Below are positions 38,513 through 48,960 of a DNA stretch of 64,000 bases, piece after piece. The position numbers and the translations under genes were made by a program. This DNA comes from Candidatus Iainarchaeum sp. (GTDB lineage: Archaea > Micrarchaeota > Micrarchaeia > Burarchaeales > Fermentimicrarchaeaceae). Numbering within the stretch: the first letter of the stretch is position 1; every line of letters starts with the position of its first letter. A model generated the notes under the pieces. It made no database searches. It worked only from the letters and a program-made list of their open reading frames with translations, and was not told the DNA's origin. The stretch lies in NCBI GenBank assembly GCA_028714235.1, contig JAQTMQ010000003.1, positions 1,306 to 65,305 on the forward strand, written 5' to 3'.

Positions 38513-39385
38513 TTGGCGTTTGCGATTGGGATTGCTGCGGGGGTTGCGGCGGCGCTCTGCTGGGGCGTTTCGGACTTCGTAGCCAAGATTGCGATTGGCA
38601 GGCTTGGAAAGCACGGCGACGTCAAGGCGCTTTTCTGGGCGCGGCTTGCGGGCATGCTGTTAATGCTCGCCGGCCTGCTTTGCGCGGGGTTTGACGCGCA
38701 GGCAGCAATCGCCTGGTTGCCCGCGCTCGCGCTCATCGGCCTCCTCGACTTCGCGGGCGCTTACTCGTTTTACCGCGGCCTGTCGAAAGGCGGGGTTTCG
38801 GTCGTCGGGCCCGTCGCCTCGTCGTATGCTGCGCTCGCCGCGGCAATCGGCGTGGCTTTGCTCGGCGAGCCGTTCAGCGGGATGCGCGCCTCCGGAATCG
38901 GCTTGACGCTCCTGGGGGTTGCGCTCGCGTCTTCCAGCCCGCTTGCCTCAAGGAAGAAAACGGGTGGGCTCGCCGGGGGAGTCCCGGAAGCGCTTTTCAC
39001 CATTCTTTGCTGGGGAGTTGTGTGGACGCTCGTCGCCGCTTGGAGCCCGTCGGCCGGCTGGATGCTCCCCGTGCTCGCGGTGAGGGTGGTGTCGGTTGCG
39101 GGATGCGCCGCCGCGGGAAGGCTGGGCGGGTTCAAGGTGGCGCTCGCCGCCGCGCCCCTCGCCGCCATCGCGGCGCTCGCGGGAATCCTTGACGCGGCGG
39201 CGGCCTCGATTGCGATGTGGGCGCTTTCCCAGAAGGAGCTCGTGAGCATAGTCGTGCCCATCACTTCCGCGTTCCCCGCGGTAGCCGTCGTGCTCGGGGT
39301 GTTCGTCCTCAAGGAGAAGATGGGCTGGCGCCAGGCGCTCGGAGTCCTCGCGATAATCGTGGGCGTAATGGCGATTTCGGCTTGA
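38513..39385 (+). CDS. EamA/DMT family transporter
   Basis: ~10 TMs with two internal repeats (AALCWG/TILCWG; VSVVGPV/VSIVVPI; LGEP/LKEK). Confidence 0.9.
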   Translation: MAFAIGIAAGVAAALCWGVSDFVAKIAIGRLGKHGDVKALFWARLAGMLLMLAGLLCAGFDAQAAIAWLPALALIGLLDFAGAYSFYRGLSKGGVSVVGPVASSYAALAAAIGVALLGEPFSGMRASGIGLTLLGVALASSSPLASRKKTGGLAGGVPEALFTILCWGVVWTLVAAWSPSAGWMLPVLAVRVVSVAGCAAAGRLGGFKVALAAAPLAAIAALAGILDAAAASIAMWALSQKELVSIVVPITSAFPAVAVVLGVFVLKEKMGWRQALGVLAIIVGVMAISA

Positions 39386-39397
39386 GCGCGCGGCGGG

Positions 39398-40444
39398 TCA
39401 GCCTGTCCTGTACCGCAGCATCGCCGCGATTCCGCCCAGGCCCGCGAGCTGCTTACCAGCCGGGTTTTCGGACGAGAAGACGTGGACCTCGCACTTCAGC
39501 TTTTCCGCTTCCTGCATCAGCTGGTCGAGCTGCCTGTTCTTGCGGAGCAGCTCGTCGGTCACGAAAAGCCTGCCTGCCGCGCCGAGGCCGATTGCGCCGC
39601 GCACCTCGCTTTCGCCGTAGGCGGCAAGGCCGCTGCCCTTGGAGATTTCGAGCATGAGCCCTTCCATTAAGCCCATCTCCTTCGCAATCCTCTCCTCGCC
39701 GGCCACTTTCTCTATCACGCCCCTTTTCAGCAACTCGTATACCCCGCTCGGCTCGGCGTTCGAGGCGGTTTCGAAAACCAGTTTCTTGGAAAGCCCGGGG
39801 TTCCTGTCCTGCACGAATTTCCTTAGGTTGTCTTTCGAGAAGCCGGGGCCCGCGACGATGATTTTTCCCGCCTTCGAGTCCGCGAGGCATTTTGCGACGT
39901 CGCCGTAGAACTGGAGCTGCTTTTGCGAGTAGTCGGCCTCGCGCTTCGAGGCGTGGCTCTCAACCGTGAAATCGAACGAGACGCCGTAGTCGCGCACCGT
40001 CGAGAAGAGCGCGGCCTTGTCGTCCATCACGACGATTGCGAGGAGAATCTTCTTTTTGCCCGCTTTCTGCGCGTCGTAGAGGCGGTCGAGCTGGTATCCG
40101 CGCCAGCCTCCCTTCTTTTTTATTTCGACCGCGGTCTGCGGCTCCACGTCAATCGTATGGTACTGGCCGAGCTGTATGTACTCCTCCGGCCCGCCAGCCA
40201 CGATTTTTCCCGTGACGCGCACGCGGTTCGCGTGCTCGGAGAACTCGATTTTTTCGGCTTCAACCTGCACGAACACCTCGCGCTTGTCCCCGCTTTCGCC
40301 TTCCCCGATTTTGACGCGCCTGAAGCTCTTGCCCGCCACGAGGTCGCCGGGCTCGAGCACGCGCTCGACGTGCCACAGGTCCTCGACGGTTTCCGGGACC
40401 GCTTTCACGGTCCCGGTTTCCCTGTCGTGCTTGATGACGCGCAT
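39398..40444 (-). CDS. pelA: mRNA surveillance protein pelota (aDom34)
   Basis: PETVEDLWH, GQYHTIDV, IVAGPGF and GLGGIAAMLRY. Confidence 0.93.
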   Translation of the reverse strand: MRVIKHDRETGTVKAVPETVEDLWHVERVLEPGDLVAGKSFRRVKIGEGESGDKREVFVQVEAEKIEFSEHANRVRVTGKIVAGGPEEYIQLGQYHTIDVEPQTAVEIKKKGGWRGYQLDRLYDAQKAGKKKILLAIVVMDDKAALFSTVRDYGVSFDFTVESHASKREADYSQKQLQFYGDVAKCLADSKAGKIIVAGPGFSKDNLRKFVQDRNPGLSKKLVFETASNAEPSGVYELLKRGVIEKVAGEERIAKEMGLMEGLMLEISKGSGLAAYGESEVRGAIGLGAAGRLFVTDELLRKNRQLDQLMQEAEKLKCEVHVFSSENPAGKQLAGLGGIAAMLRYRTG

Positions 40445-40522
40445 GGCAGGATTTCGCCGCCCGGATTAAATAAGATAGTCACCGAAAGATTAGCCGCGCG
40501 AGTGGCAGGGGGTAAAGCCGGC

Positions 40523-41371
40523 ATGCTGAAGCAAAAGGGGAAAGCCGCACAAGGGGAGACCGAGGTGGTTCCGCACCTGGACGGTGAAAACGTTTTCGGC
40601 CTCGGCCTCACGCCGCGGCGGCTTTTCGAGGCGCTTGGCGTGAAGGGAAAGCGAGTGCTTGAGGTCGGGCACCAGGAGAATTACGAGCCGTCGCTTGGCG
40701 CGGCGCTCGCCGGAGCGAAAGAGGTTGCCGGCATGACTTTTTTTGACCCGGCGAGCAGCTGGAAGATGCCTGGACTATTCCGGGGGCCGCGAATCCAGGA
40801 GCTTTACGGCAAGATAATCAGAATCCCGAAAAACGGGAAGAACTGCCACATGCGCGAGTATTTCGGGGATTTCCTGCGCGTGGGCGCGCCGGATTCGCCC
40901 CTGAAGGGCGAAAGGTTTGACGCCGTGCTTTTCTGGGGCTCCCTGAAAAAAACCGGGGAGGGAAACAAGAAGGACGCCGGGCACGTGATGGCCCTTTCCC
41001 GCGGCGCGGATGGACGCGACGCGCGGCCCCCACTGCCGGACAGGCTAGTCCAGCAAGGCATGCTGGAATGCGCGAAGGGAATCCTGGCCCCGGGCGGAAG
41101 GGTAATCGTGGTGAGCGGAAACTTCGCCGGGTCGAACGCGGACGCGACCGAGCCCGCCGTGGAAAAGCCGTACGTGGCCGAGGCGGCGCTCCACTCCGAA
41201 ATCCTGGAAGGGCTCGGCGCAAAGAGAATCCGGGTTTACGGGGAAAGCAGGCCGGGGTTCAGGGGGGACGGGAGGGCGCTTGCGCTTTCGGAACTCGGCT
41301 GCCCGGAGAGCGGGGTTTGCGGCACCATGCGCGTTTTCTCCCGCGTTGACGCGGTAATCGCCGAATTTTGA
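40523..41371 (+). CDS. Hypothetical protein, probable divergent class I SAM-methyltransferase fold
   Basis: GKRVLEVG, ERFDAVLF and ILAPGGRVIV resemble MTase motifs I, II and III. Confidence 0.55.
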   Translation: MLKQKGKAAQGETEVVPHLDGENVFGLGLTPRRLFEALGVKGKRVLEVGHQENYEPSLGAALAGAKEVAGMTFFDPASSWKMPGLFRGPRIQELYGKIIRIPKNGKNCHMREYFGDFLRVGAPDSPLKGERFDAVLFWGSLKKTGEGNKKDAGHVMALSRGADGRDARPPLPDRLVQQGMLECAKGILAPGGRVIVVSGNFAGSNADATEPAVEKPYVAEAALHSEILEGLGAKRIRVYGESRPGFRGDGRALALSELGCPESGVCGTMRVFSRVDAVIAEF

Positions 41372-41456
41372 TTTGCGGGAGCGCGCGGTTTAATAATCTC
41401 TCCTGTGCTTTCTTCGGGAGGGAAAGCGCGATTGCGCTCCCGCAAAGGTTATCCAA

Positions 41457-42419
41457 GTGTCCCGCTCGTTCGCACACAAAAGGAACCCGCGCCTTAACGC
41501 GTGCGGTGAAAGCGAGGTTCTCCACGGCAGCCCCGGGAAGCCGTTTTTTGACGGGCAGAACCGCATGGTTGACGGAATCTGCGGAATGGGCCGCGATTTG
41601 GGGAGGTTTGAGGAGAAGGCGAAAGCAATCGCCGCCATCAACGGGGCGACGAGGGTTGCTTACCGTTTTGTTGCGGATTCATCTGCGCCGAGGTTCCGGG
41701 GCGAGGAGGCGCGCATGCACCTTTCCGGAAAGCGCGCCGGGGAGTGCATTGTCTGCGTCGGCTTGAACTCGCCGGAAAGGAGGCTTTCGCGGGAGGAGGG
41801 ACGCAAGGAAGACGCGCTGCTTGAGAAGGCAAGGAAGGCTTCGGAAAGGAACGGGGGAAAGGCGGCGTTCCTGAAGGCCGGGCTTGAATCCAAGTATTCG
41901 TTTGAGGTCCCTGCAACGGTTTCGCCTGGGGACGTGCGCGCGCTCGCCGGGCTCTACGCCGAGGCGTTCAACGGAGGGTACTGGTTCCAGATCAGCGAGG
42001 CGTCAATCCGCAGGATTTTGTGCGGGAAGGGGAGCGTGGTTGCGGCGGCGCGCGACAGGAAGACGGGCGAGATTGCCTCGTGCTATGTCGGGCAGGTCAC
42101 CGATTTCGGGGGCGGCATCCTGATGGCGGAGATTGGCGAGGCGGCAACGTCCCCGCAGCACAGGATGGCGGGGCTCGGGAGCGTCCTTGCGCACCTGCTT
42201 GCCGGCGAGCTGTTCAGGCGCGGTGTCGACCTGGCTTTCGCGGAAACCCGCGCGACGACCCCAACTTCCTCGATAACCATTTTTCGGCTTGGGGCGAAGT
42301 ACGCGGGGCGCCTGGTGAAGGCGGTGCGCATGCCCAGGGAGGGCAGGCATGCCGAAAAGGAGGGCGCGTTTGAGAGCCTGAACCTGCTTTGCTTGAACCG
42401 CGGCGAGTTCTCGCCTTGA
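41457..42419 (+). CDS. GNAT acetyltransferase, beta-lysine N-acetyltransferase (AblB/YodP)-like
   Basis: AEIGEAATSPQHRMAGLG (acetyl-CoA motif), AFAETRA and YAGRL...FESLNL. Confidence 0.65.
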   Translation: MSRSFAHKRNPRLNACGESEVLHGSPGKPFFDGQNRMVDGICGMGRDLGRFEEKAKAIAAINGATRVAYRFVADSSAPRFRGEEARMHLSGKRAGECIVCVGLNSPERRLSREEGRKEDALLEKARKASERNGGKAAFLKAGLESKYSFEVPATVSPGDVRALAGLYAEAFNGGYWFQISEASIRRILCGKGSVVAAARDRKTGEIASCYVGQVTDFGGGILMAEIGEAATSPQHRMAGLGSVLAHLLAGELFRRGVDLAFAETRATTPTSSITIFRLGAKYAGRLVKAVRMPREGRHAEKEGAFESLNLLCLNRGEFSP

Positions 42420-42461
42420 TGATAGCTTCTTTTAAGCGTGTTGTTTGCCATCCATTAAGGA

Positions 42462-45020
42462 TTGGGGATGGAAGAAAAGCGGCTGGTTTCAGAGATTGTT
42501 TCAGAGCTCGGTTCCGATGCGGGCAGGGGATTGACCGAGCTTGAGGCCGCGCGACGGCTGCTGTCAAAGGGGCCCAACTCGCCCGGAGGCGGGAAGAGGC
42601 GCGCATGGTTTTCCGTCTTCTCGTTCCTCGGGGAGCCGATGATTTGGCTGCTTCTGGGCGCGGCCGCGATCTACTTCATTCTGGGCGAGGCGCTTGACGC
42701 CTACATCATGCTTGCCGCAATCGTGCCCATCGCCGCGATCGACGTGTACATGGAGTACAGGACGGAGAGCGCGATAGAGAGGCTGCGGAGCAGGATTACG
42801 CCGCACGTGCGCGTCCTCAGGAACGGGGTTGAGCGGGAGGTTGACGCGACCGAAATGGTTCCCGGCGACGTTTATTTCGTGAGCGAGGGCGACGTGGTTC
42901 CCGCGGACTCCGCGGTGCTGGAGGCGGCGGACCTGAAGGCGGACGAGTCCGCGCTCAGCGGCGAGTCGAAAGCGGTCGACAAGGCACCGGGGGAGCATTA
43001 TTCCTCCGCGGTTTTCGAGAATCCGGGCGCGCTTTTCGCGGGAAGCACGGTTGTCGGGGGAAGGGGGACGCTTCTCGCGGTCAGGACTGGAAGGGAGACC
43101 GAGTACGGGAAGATTGGGGGAATGATTTCCGCGATTGAGACGGTGCGCACGCCGCTGCAGAAAAACATCGACGACATCGTGCGCGTGCTCGGCTTCGCGG
43201 CCATCGGCTTGTCCATGGCGCTTTTCCTCCTCCAGTACTTTTTTGCCGGGAACCCGTGGCAGGTCGCGCTCCTTGACGCGGTGAGCCTCGCAATCGCCGC
43301 GATTCCCGAGGAGTTCCCGATAACTTTCGCCTTGTTTTTGAGCTTGGGGGCGTGGTCGCTTGCGAAAAGGAACGCGCTCGTGAAGAAAGTGGTCGCGGTC
43401 GAGACGCTCGGGAGCGTGAACGTGATTTGCACGGACAAGACGGGAACGCTCACCCTTGGCAGGATGTCGCTCACGAGCGTGTTTTACGGGGGCGAGCTTT
43501 TTGACGCGGACGAGTTTCTCTCCGAGCCGGACGCGGCGGGGGTTTTGGAGGCCGCGGCGCTCGCGTGCGAAAAGAAGCCTTTCGACCAGATGGAGAAATC
43601 CATTTTCGCGTTTGTCGGCAAGCGAAAGGACCCCGAGAAAATCCAGTCCGGGTGGGAGCTCGTGCGCGAGCATTCGTTTGACGAGAGGACGAAGCACATG
43701 TCCCACGTGTGGAGGAGGGACGGGAAGCTCCGCGTTTTCGCGAAAGGGGCGATAGAGGGCATTCTTTCTTCCGTGAAGGCATCCGATTCCGTGAAAAAGG
43801 ACGCGCTTGACGCGAACGCGCAGATGGCGGGGCAGGGGACGCGCGTGCTCGCCCTTGCCGCGGGGCCGCTTGGCCACTCCGGGGACAGGAAGAGCGACGA
43901 GGGCCACGCGGAATTCCTCGCGCTTCTCGGCTTTTCCGACCCGATTCGGCCCGGAGTCGCCGAAGCCGTGAAAAGCTGCCATGGCGCGGGAATCAAGGTG
44001 CTGATGATTACCGGGGACCACCATGCGACTGCGGAAGCCGTTGCGCGCGACATCGGGATGCCCGGGCCGGTCGTGATGGAGGGCTCGGAGCTCGCCCGGC
44101 TTTCGGGGAAGGACCTGACGCGCGCGGTGCACAAGGCGAACGTTTTCGCGCGCGTTCTTCCCGAGCACAAGCTTGCCATCGTGCGCGCCGAGCAAAGCCA
44201 CGGCGACGTCGTGGCCGTGACCGGCGACGGAATCAACGACGCGCCCGCGCTCAAGAGCGCGGACATCGGCGTCGCAATGGGCATGCGGGGGACAGAGGTC
44301 GCGCGCGACTCCGCGGCGATGGTGCTGCTTGACGACAACTTCGTGACGATAGTCGAGGCGATAAGGAACGGGAGGGTGATTTACGACAACTTGAGGAAGG
44401 CGTTCGCCTACCTCGTGGCCTTCCACGTGCCAATCTTCCTTTGCGCCCTCGTGATTCCGGCCATCGGGCTGCCGCTCCTCCTCATGCCCGTGCACATAAT
44501 ACTGCTCGAGCTCGTCCTCCACCCCACCGTTTCAATCGTTTTCCAGCAGGAATTGCCGGAAGAGGGCGTGATGAGGAGGAAGCCGAGGAAGAGGGACGCG
44601 GCGCTCGTTTCGGGAACGGATTTCGCGCGCCTGACGCTCCAGGGCTTCATGCTGTTCGCGCTCTGCCTTGCGGCGTATTCGCTCGCCCTGAAAAACGGCG
44701 AGCTTGAGGCGCGCGCCATCGCGTTCTCGCTCCTCATGTTCGGCCAGGTGTTCATGGTGGCCGAAGAGCTTGCCGGCGAGAAGCCGATGTCGCTTGCGCG
44801 CATAATCGGCAACCGGACTTATCTTGCGATAGGCGCGCTCACGATTGCCGCGTGGGTTGCGCTCGCGGCGATTCCGGCCACGCAGGCCGTGCTCAAGGTG
44901 AGCGGGCCGGCTCCAGCGCTCGTCGTTCTCCTGCTTGCGGTTTCAACTGCGCCCGTCGTCGTGATGGAGTTCGCCAAGCTCGCCGGCCTCGCTTCCCGGC
45001 CGGCAAATGGCGGCGGCTAG
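42462..45020 (+). CDS. Cation-translocating P-type ATPase (type II-like)
   Basis: SGES, IPEEFP, DKTGTLT, KGA, MITGD and TGDGINDAPALK. Confidence 0.95.
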   Translation: MGMEEKRLVSEIVSELGSDAGRGLTELEAARRLLSKGPNSPGGGKRRAWFSVFSFLGEPMIWLLLGAAAIYFILGEALDAYIMLAAIVPIAAIDVYMEYRTESAIERLRSRITPHVRVLRNGVEREVDATEMVPGDVYFVSEGDVVPADSAVLEAADLKADESALSGESKAVDKAPGEHYSSAVFENPGALFAGSTVVGGRGTLLAVRTGRETEYGKIGGMISAIETVRTPLQKNIDDIVRVLGFAAIGLSMALFLLQYFFAGNPWQVALLDAVSLAIAAIPEEFPITFALFLSLGAWSLAKRNALVKKVVAVETLGSVNVICTDKTGTLTLGRMSLTSVFYGGELFDADEFLSEPDAAGVLEAAALACEKKPFDQMEKSIFAFVGKRKDPEKIQSGWELVREHSFDERTKHMSHVWRRDGKLRVFAKGAIEGILSSVKASDSVKKDALDANAQMAGQGTRVLALAAGPLGHSGDRKSDEGHAEFLALLGFSDPIRPGVAEAVKSCHGAGIKVLMITGDHHATAEAVARDIGMPGPVVMEGSELARLSGKDLTRAVHKANVFARVLPEHKLAIVRAEQSHGDVVAVTGDGINDAPALKSADIGVAMGMRGTEVARDSAAMVLLDDNFVTIVEAIRNGRVIYDNLRKAFAYLVAFHVPIFLCALVIPAIGLPLLLMPVHIILLELVLHPTVSIVFQQELPEEGVMRRKPRKRDAALVSGTDFARLTLQGFMLFALCLAAYSLALKNGELEARAIAFSLLMFGQVFMVAEELAGEKPMSLARIIGNRTYLAIGALTIAAWVALAAIPATQAVLKVSGPAPALVVLLLAVSTAPVVVMEFAKLAGLASRPANGGG

Positions 45021-45092
45021 CGCCCGCCTTGCCTTTTTATATGCTTGCGCCGAGCATTTTTACGCCCGTTGCTCGGGGCCAGGTGGAACGGT

Positions 45093-46868
45093 TTGGCGAA
45101 GCGCATTGCGGTGATTGACAGGACGAGGTGCACTAAGGCCAGCTGCGGCTACCAGTGCATCAGGGTGTGCCCTGTCAACCGGATGGGGAAGGAGTGCATC
45201 AAGCAGGACGACGAGGGATTCCCCGTCATTTCTGAGGCGCTTTGCACGGGCTGCGGAATCTGCCCGAAGAAGTGCCCGGTGAAATGCCTGACGATAATCA
45301 ACCTGCTCGAGGAGGCCGGAAAACTGGTGCACCAGTACGGGCCGAACTCTTTCCGGCTTTACAACATCCCGCTCCCCAAAACGGGCGCGGTCGTGGGGCT
45401 GATCGGGGCGAACGGGGTGGGAAAGACCACCGCCATGCAGATTCTCGCGGGGCGCATCAAGCCCAACCTCGGGGATTACGGGCATGCCGCGGGATGGGAG
45501 AAGATAGCCGGCGAATTCAAGGGGCAGGAGGTGCGCAACTATTTCCAGGCGCTTGCGGAGAAGAAGGCGCGGATTTCGCTCAAGCCGCAGAACGTGGACC
45601 AGATTCCCGACGTTTTCAGGGGGAAGGTCGGGGCGCTCCTGAAGAAGGCGGACGAGCGGAAAAGGCTTTCCGAGGCCGCGGAAGCGTTCGGCATCACCGG
45701 AATCCTTTCGCGGGACGTCGCGAAACTGAGCGGCGGGGAGCTGCAGAGGGTCGCGATTTGCGCCGCGTACCTGCGGGACGCGGACGTGTACTGTTTCGAC
45801 GAGCCGAGCTCCTACCTTGACGTGAAGCAGCGCATGAGGATTGCGGGGAAGCTGAAAAGCCTTGCGTCCGAAGAGCGGAAATCGGTCATGGTCGTGGAGC
45901 ACGACCTTGCCGTCCTCGACTACCTGAGCGACTACGTGAACGTTTTCTTCGGGGTGAAGGGGGCTTACGGGGTTGTTTCGGGCCTGAAGGGCGCGAGGAA
46001 CGGCGTGAACGAGTATTTGGACGGCTTCCTGAAGGACGAGAACCTGCGCATCCGCGATTACCCGATTAAGTTCGGGGTTTCCGCGGAGGCTGAGAGGAGG
46101 ACGCTTCCGTTCTTCTCTTATCCCGCGCTAGGGAAGGATTACGCGGACTTCTCGCTTGAATGCGCCGCCGGGGAGGTCAGGAAGGGCGAGATTATCGGCG
46201 TCCTCGGCGAGAACGCGATCGGGAAGACGACGTTCGTCAAGCTGCTCGCCGGGATTGAGAAGCCCGATTCCGGGGAGGCGCCGCAAAAGCTGAGCGTTTC
46301 GTACAAGCCGCAGTACGTGAAAAGCGGTTTCAAGGGCACGGTTGCCGAGCTCGTTGACGGGGCGGGAATCCGGAGGGACGTGTTCGACTCGGAAGTCAGG
46401 GCGAAGCTCGAGGTGGACGAGCTCATGGAGAAGGACGTCAGGCACCTGAGCGGCGGGGAGCTGCAGCGGACCGCGATAGCAATCGCGCTTTCAAAGGACG
46501 CGGACCTCTACCTCCTCGACGAGCCGTCCGCCTTCCTTGACGTGGAGCAGCGGCTCAATTTCGCGGGCGCGCTCAAGCAAATCGTGGAGGGAAGCGGGAG
46601 GACCGCTTTCGTCGTGGACCACGACGTCGTCCTCGTGGACGCGGTGAGCTCGCGCGTGTGCGTGTTCGGGGGCGAGCCGGCTGTGCGCGGCCTCGCGGGG
46701 GCGCCGGAGGACAAGCGGGGCGGGATGAACCGGTTCCTGAAGGGCATTGACGTCACGCTGAGGCGGGACAAGGACTCGAAGAGGCCGCGCGTCAACAAGC
46801 CGGGCTCGCAGATGGACCGCGAGCAGAAGGAGTCCGGCGAATACTACTATTCGAGGGCGGAGGGATAG
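45093..46868 (+). CDS. Ribosome recycling ATPase ABCE1 (Rli1)
   Basis: N-terminal Fe-S Cys motifs, YGPNSFRL, two Walker A and two LSGGELQR. Start placed at TTG after AGGTGG. Confidence 0.95.
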   Translation: MAKRIAVIDRTRCTKASCGYQCIRVCPVNRMGKECIKQDDEGFPVISEALCTGCGICPKKCPVKCLTIINLLEEAGKLVHQYGPNSFRLYNIPLPKTGAVVGLIGANGVGKTTAMQILAGRIKPNLGDYGHAAGWEKIAGEFKGQEVRNYFQALAEKKARISLKPQNVDQIPDVFRGKVGALLKKADERKRLSEAAEAFGITGILSRDVAKLSGGELQRVAICAAYLRDADVYCFDEPSSYLDVKQRMRIAGKLKSLASEERKSVMVVEHDLAVLDYLSDYVNVFFGVKGAYGVVSGLKGARNGVNEYLDGFLKDENLRIRDYPIKFGVSAEAERRTLPFFSYPALGKDYADFSLECAAGEVRKGEIIGVLGENAIGKTTFVKLLAGIEKPDSGEAPQKLSVSYKPQYVKSGFKGTVAELVDGAGIRRDVFDSEVRAKLEVDELMEKDVRHLSGGELQRTAIAIALSKDADLYLLDEPSAFLDVEQRLNFAGALKQIVEGSGRTAFVVDHDVVLVDAVSSRVCVFGGEPAVRGLAGAPEDKRGGMNRFLKGIDVTLRRDKDSKRPRVNKPGSQMDREQKESGEYYYSRAEG

Positions 46869-46869
46869 C

Positions 46870-47427
46870 GTGATTGAAGGGGTTGCGGCGTCGTTCGCCC
46901 TCGCGTTCTTCGCTGAGCTCGGGGACAAGACGCAGCTTGCGGTGCTCGCGCTCTCGACCAGGCACCGGAACAGGGGGATGGTTTTCGCGGGCGCGTTCTG
47001 CGGGCTTTCGCTCGCAGTCGCGGTTTCCGTGGCTTTCGGCGGCATCGCTTCGCAGGTCGTCCCGCTCGGCGCGCTCAAGGTCGCGGCCGGGCTCGGGTTG
47101 GTGGCGTTCGGGCTTCACGCGTTTTTTTCGCGCGAGAAGGGGGAAGGGGAGCGGGCTGAAGCCGCGCCCGGCAGCATTTTCTTCGCGTCGCTTGCGTCCC
47201 TTTTCGTGATGGAGATGGGGGACAAGACGCAGGCCGCGAATTTTCTTCTTGCCACGAGGTATCCCGCGGCCTGGGTTTTCGCGGGCGCGGCGCTTGCGAT
47301 GGGGCTCGTGGCGCTCGCGACGGTCTTCGCTGGCGAGCAGGCGTGCCGGCTGGCGAGCCGCGGCGTCTTGAATAAGGTGAGCGGGTCGCTTCTCGTGCTC
47401 GCGGGCCTCGCCATGCTGGTTTCCTAG
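46870..47427 (+). CDS. GDT1/TMEM165 (UPF0016) Ca2+/Mn2+ transporter
   Basis: ELGDKTQ and EMGDKTQ repeats. Confidence 0.92.
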   Translation: MIEGVAASFALAFFAELGDKTQLAVLALSTRHRNRGMVFAGAFCGLSLAVAVSVAFGGIASQVVPLGALKVAAGLGLVAFGLHAFFSREKGEGERAEAAPGSIFFASLASLFVMEMGDKTQAANFLLATRYPAAWVFAGAALAMGLVALATVFAGEQACRLASRGVLNKVSGSLLVLAGLAMLVS

Positions 47428-47437
47428 GGGGCGCGGC

Positions 47438-48076
47438 CTAGTTCTTGCGGTAATACGACTCTATCGCCGTGCCGCCGGTCCTGTTGAGGACGACTTCGAA
47501 GCTTTGCGCGGCGTTCGGGTAGGAGTAGTCCACGACCCACACGTCGAAATAGGTGTTGTTCGTAGGCGTGTAGAGGGTGTCGGCATGCCTGGCCTGGGCT
47601 TCCGGCGCCGTGCCTTCCGGAATTCCGGAGGTGTAGCCGGTGACCGCCGTCCTCGTCGAGGGGTTTCGCTCGGGGTCAAGCGGCATCAGGATGGCTTCTT
47701 CGGGGTAGGCGATTATGCAGTATTGTATGCCCCTGCACCCGAGCACGCTGCAGTTCTCGGTGATGAGGCGCTCGCGGGGCACGAAATTGAATTTCTGGTC
47801 CATTTCGACTATGGTGAGGTTGGGGCAGAGGGTGGCCGGGCCCTGGACGACTTTCGACTTCAGCAGCCAGTTCGACTCGCCCGGAGTCGTGCTCGTGTTC
47901 TTCACGTCGTAAATGGCGATGGATGCGCCGGGGTAGCGGTAGTTCAGCTCGCTCGTCGCGAACTCCACGGCCTGCGCTTCGGTCGTGTTTTTCTTCAGGA
48001 GTAGGCCTTGCCCGACAAGGATGTAGACCGCTATGATTGCGAGTACCAAAAGTGCCCCGAGTACCCACTTGGACAT
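47438..48076 (-). CDS. Membrane-anchored exported hypothetical protein
   Basis: N-terminal TM, four Cys and N-glycosylation sequons. Confidence 0.7.
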   Translation of the reverse strand: MSKWVLGALLVLAIIAVYILVGQGLLLKKNTTEAQAVEFATSELNYRYPGASIAIYDVKNTSTTPGESNWLLKSKVVQGPATLCPNLTIVEMDQKFNFVPRERLITENCSVLGCRGIQYCIIAYPEEAILMPLDPERNPSTRTAVTGYTSGIPEGTAPEAQARHADTLYTPTNNTYFDVWVVDYSYPNAAQSFEVVLNRTGGTAIESYYRKN

Positions 48077-48146
48077 AAAGTGGGTTATATCCGTCCGATG
48101 CTATAAATATTTAACTTATGGGGGCGGAAAAGGGGTTGGTGGACTG

Positions 48147-48947
48147 ATGGCGCTTGACCGCGCAAGCCTGGACGCGCGCTTGAAAAAAGAGGTTTCCGGC
48201 AACCCGGCCGCGCTCAGGATTTTTGAAAGGCTTGCTGAAAACGAGGCTTTCAACGCCGGTTGCGACATGGCGAACGCGGTCGCGGTAAGCCGGCTCGGCT
48301 ACAACGACCACGGGAGGGTGCACGTCCGCATAACCGCGCTCAACGCGCTTGCCATCCTCAACATTCTCGGCAGGAGCGGGGTTTCCCCCAACTTCGTGAA
48401 GGAAAAGCACGGGACGTTCGGGGACGCGCAGGTCGTCGTGATGCTTGGCGCGCTGCTGCACGACCTCGGGAACGCGATTCACAGGAAGGACCACGAGAAG
48501 AACGGGGTGTACCTCGCGGGCGGGCTGCTTGACGAGGTCTTGCCGGAGTTTTATTCCGGCCCGAAGCTCCACAAAATCAGGCTTTTCGTGCTCGGCTGCG
48601 TTTTCGAGACCGGGGACGGGGCGGATGCGAGCTCGGTCGAATCCGGGGCCGTGAAGATTGCGGACGGGGCGGACTGCGAGAAGGGGAGGGCGCGCATGCC
48701 TTACCGGCTTTTCGGCAAGCCCGACATCCATTCGGTTTCCGCGCTCGCGATAAAGCGCGTGGAGATAGGGCCCGGGAAGGAGGTGCCGGTGAGAATCACG
48801 GTGGACATGACGAATCCCGCCGGCCTGTTCCAGGTGAGCGAGGTCCTCGGGAAAAAGATTGCGGGCTCCGGGCTCAAAAGCTACGTGGAAGTGGACACGC
48901 GCATCAACGGCAGGAGGCTGCGGGAAACCGACGTTTCGCTGCTTTGA
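48147..48947 (+). CDS. HD-domain phosphohydrolase
   Basis: YNDHGRVH, LLHDLGN and IADGADCEKGRAR...DIHSVSA. Confidence 0.88.
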   Translation: MALDRASLDARLKKEVSGNPAALRIFERLAENEAFNAGCDMANAVAVSRLGYNDHGRVHVRITALNALAILNILGRSGVSPNFVKEKHGTFGDAQVVVMLGALLHDLGNAIHRKDHEKNGVYLAGGLLDEVLPEFYSGPKLHKIRLFVLGCVFETGDGADASSVESGAVKIADGADCEKGRARMPYRLFGKPDIHSVSALAIKRVEIGPGKEVPVRITVDMTNPAGLFQVSEVLGKKIAGSGLKSYVEVDTRINGRRLRETDVSLL

Positions 48948-48960
48948 GCGGCGCGCCTGC

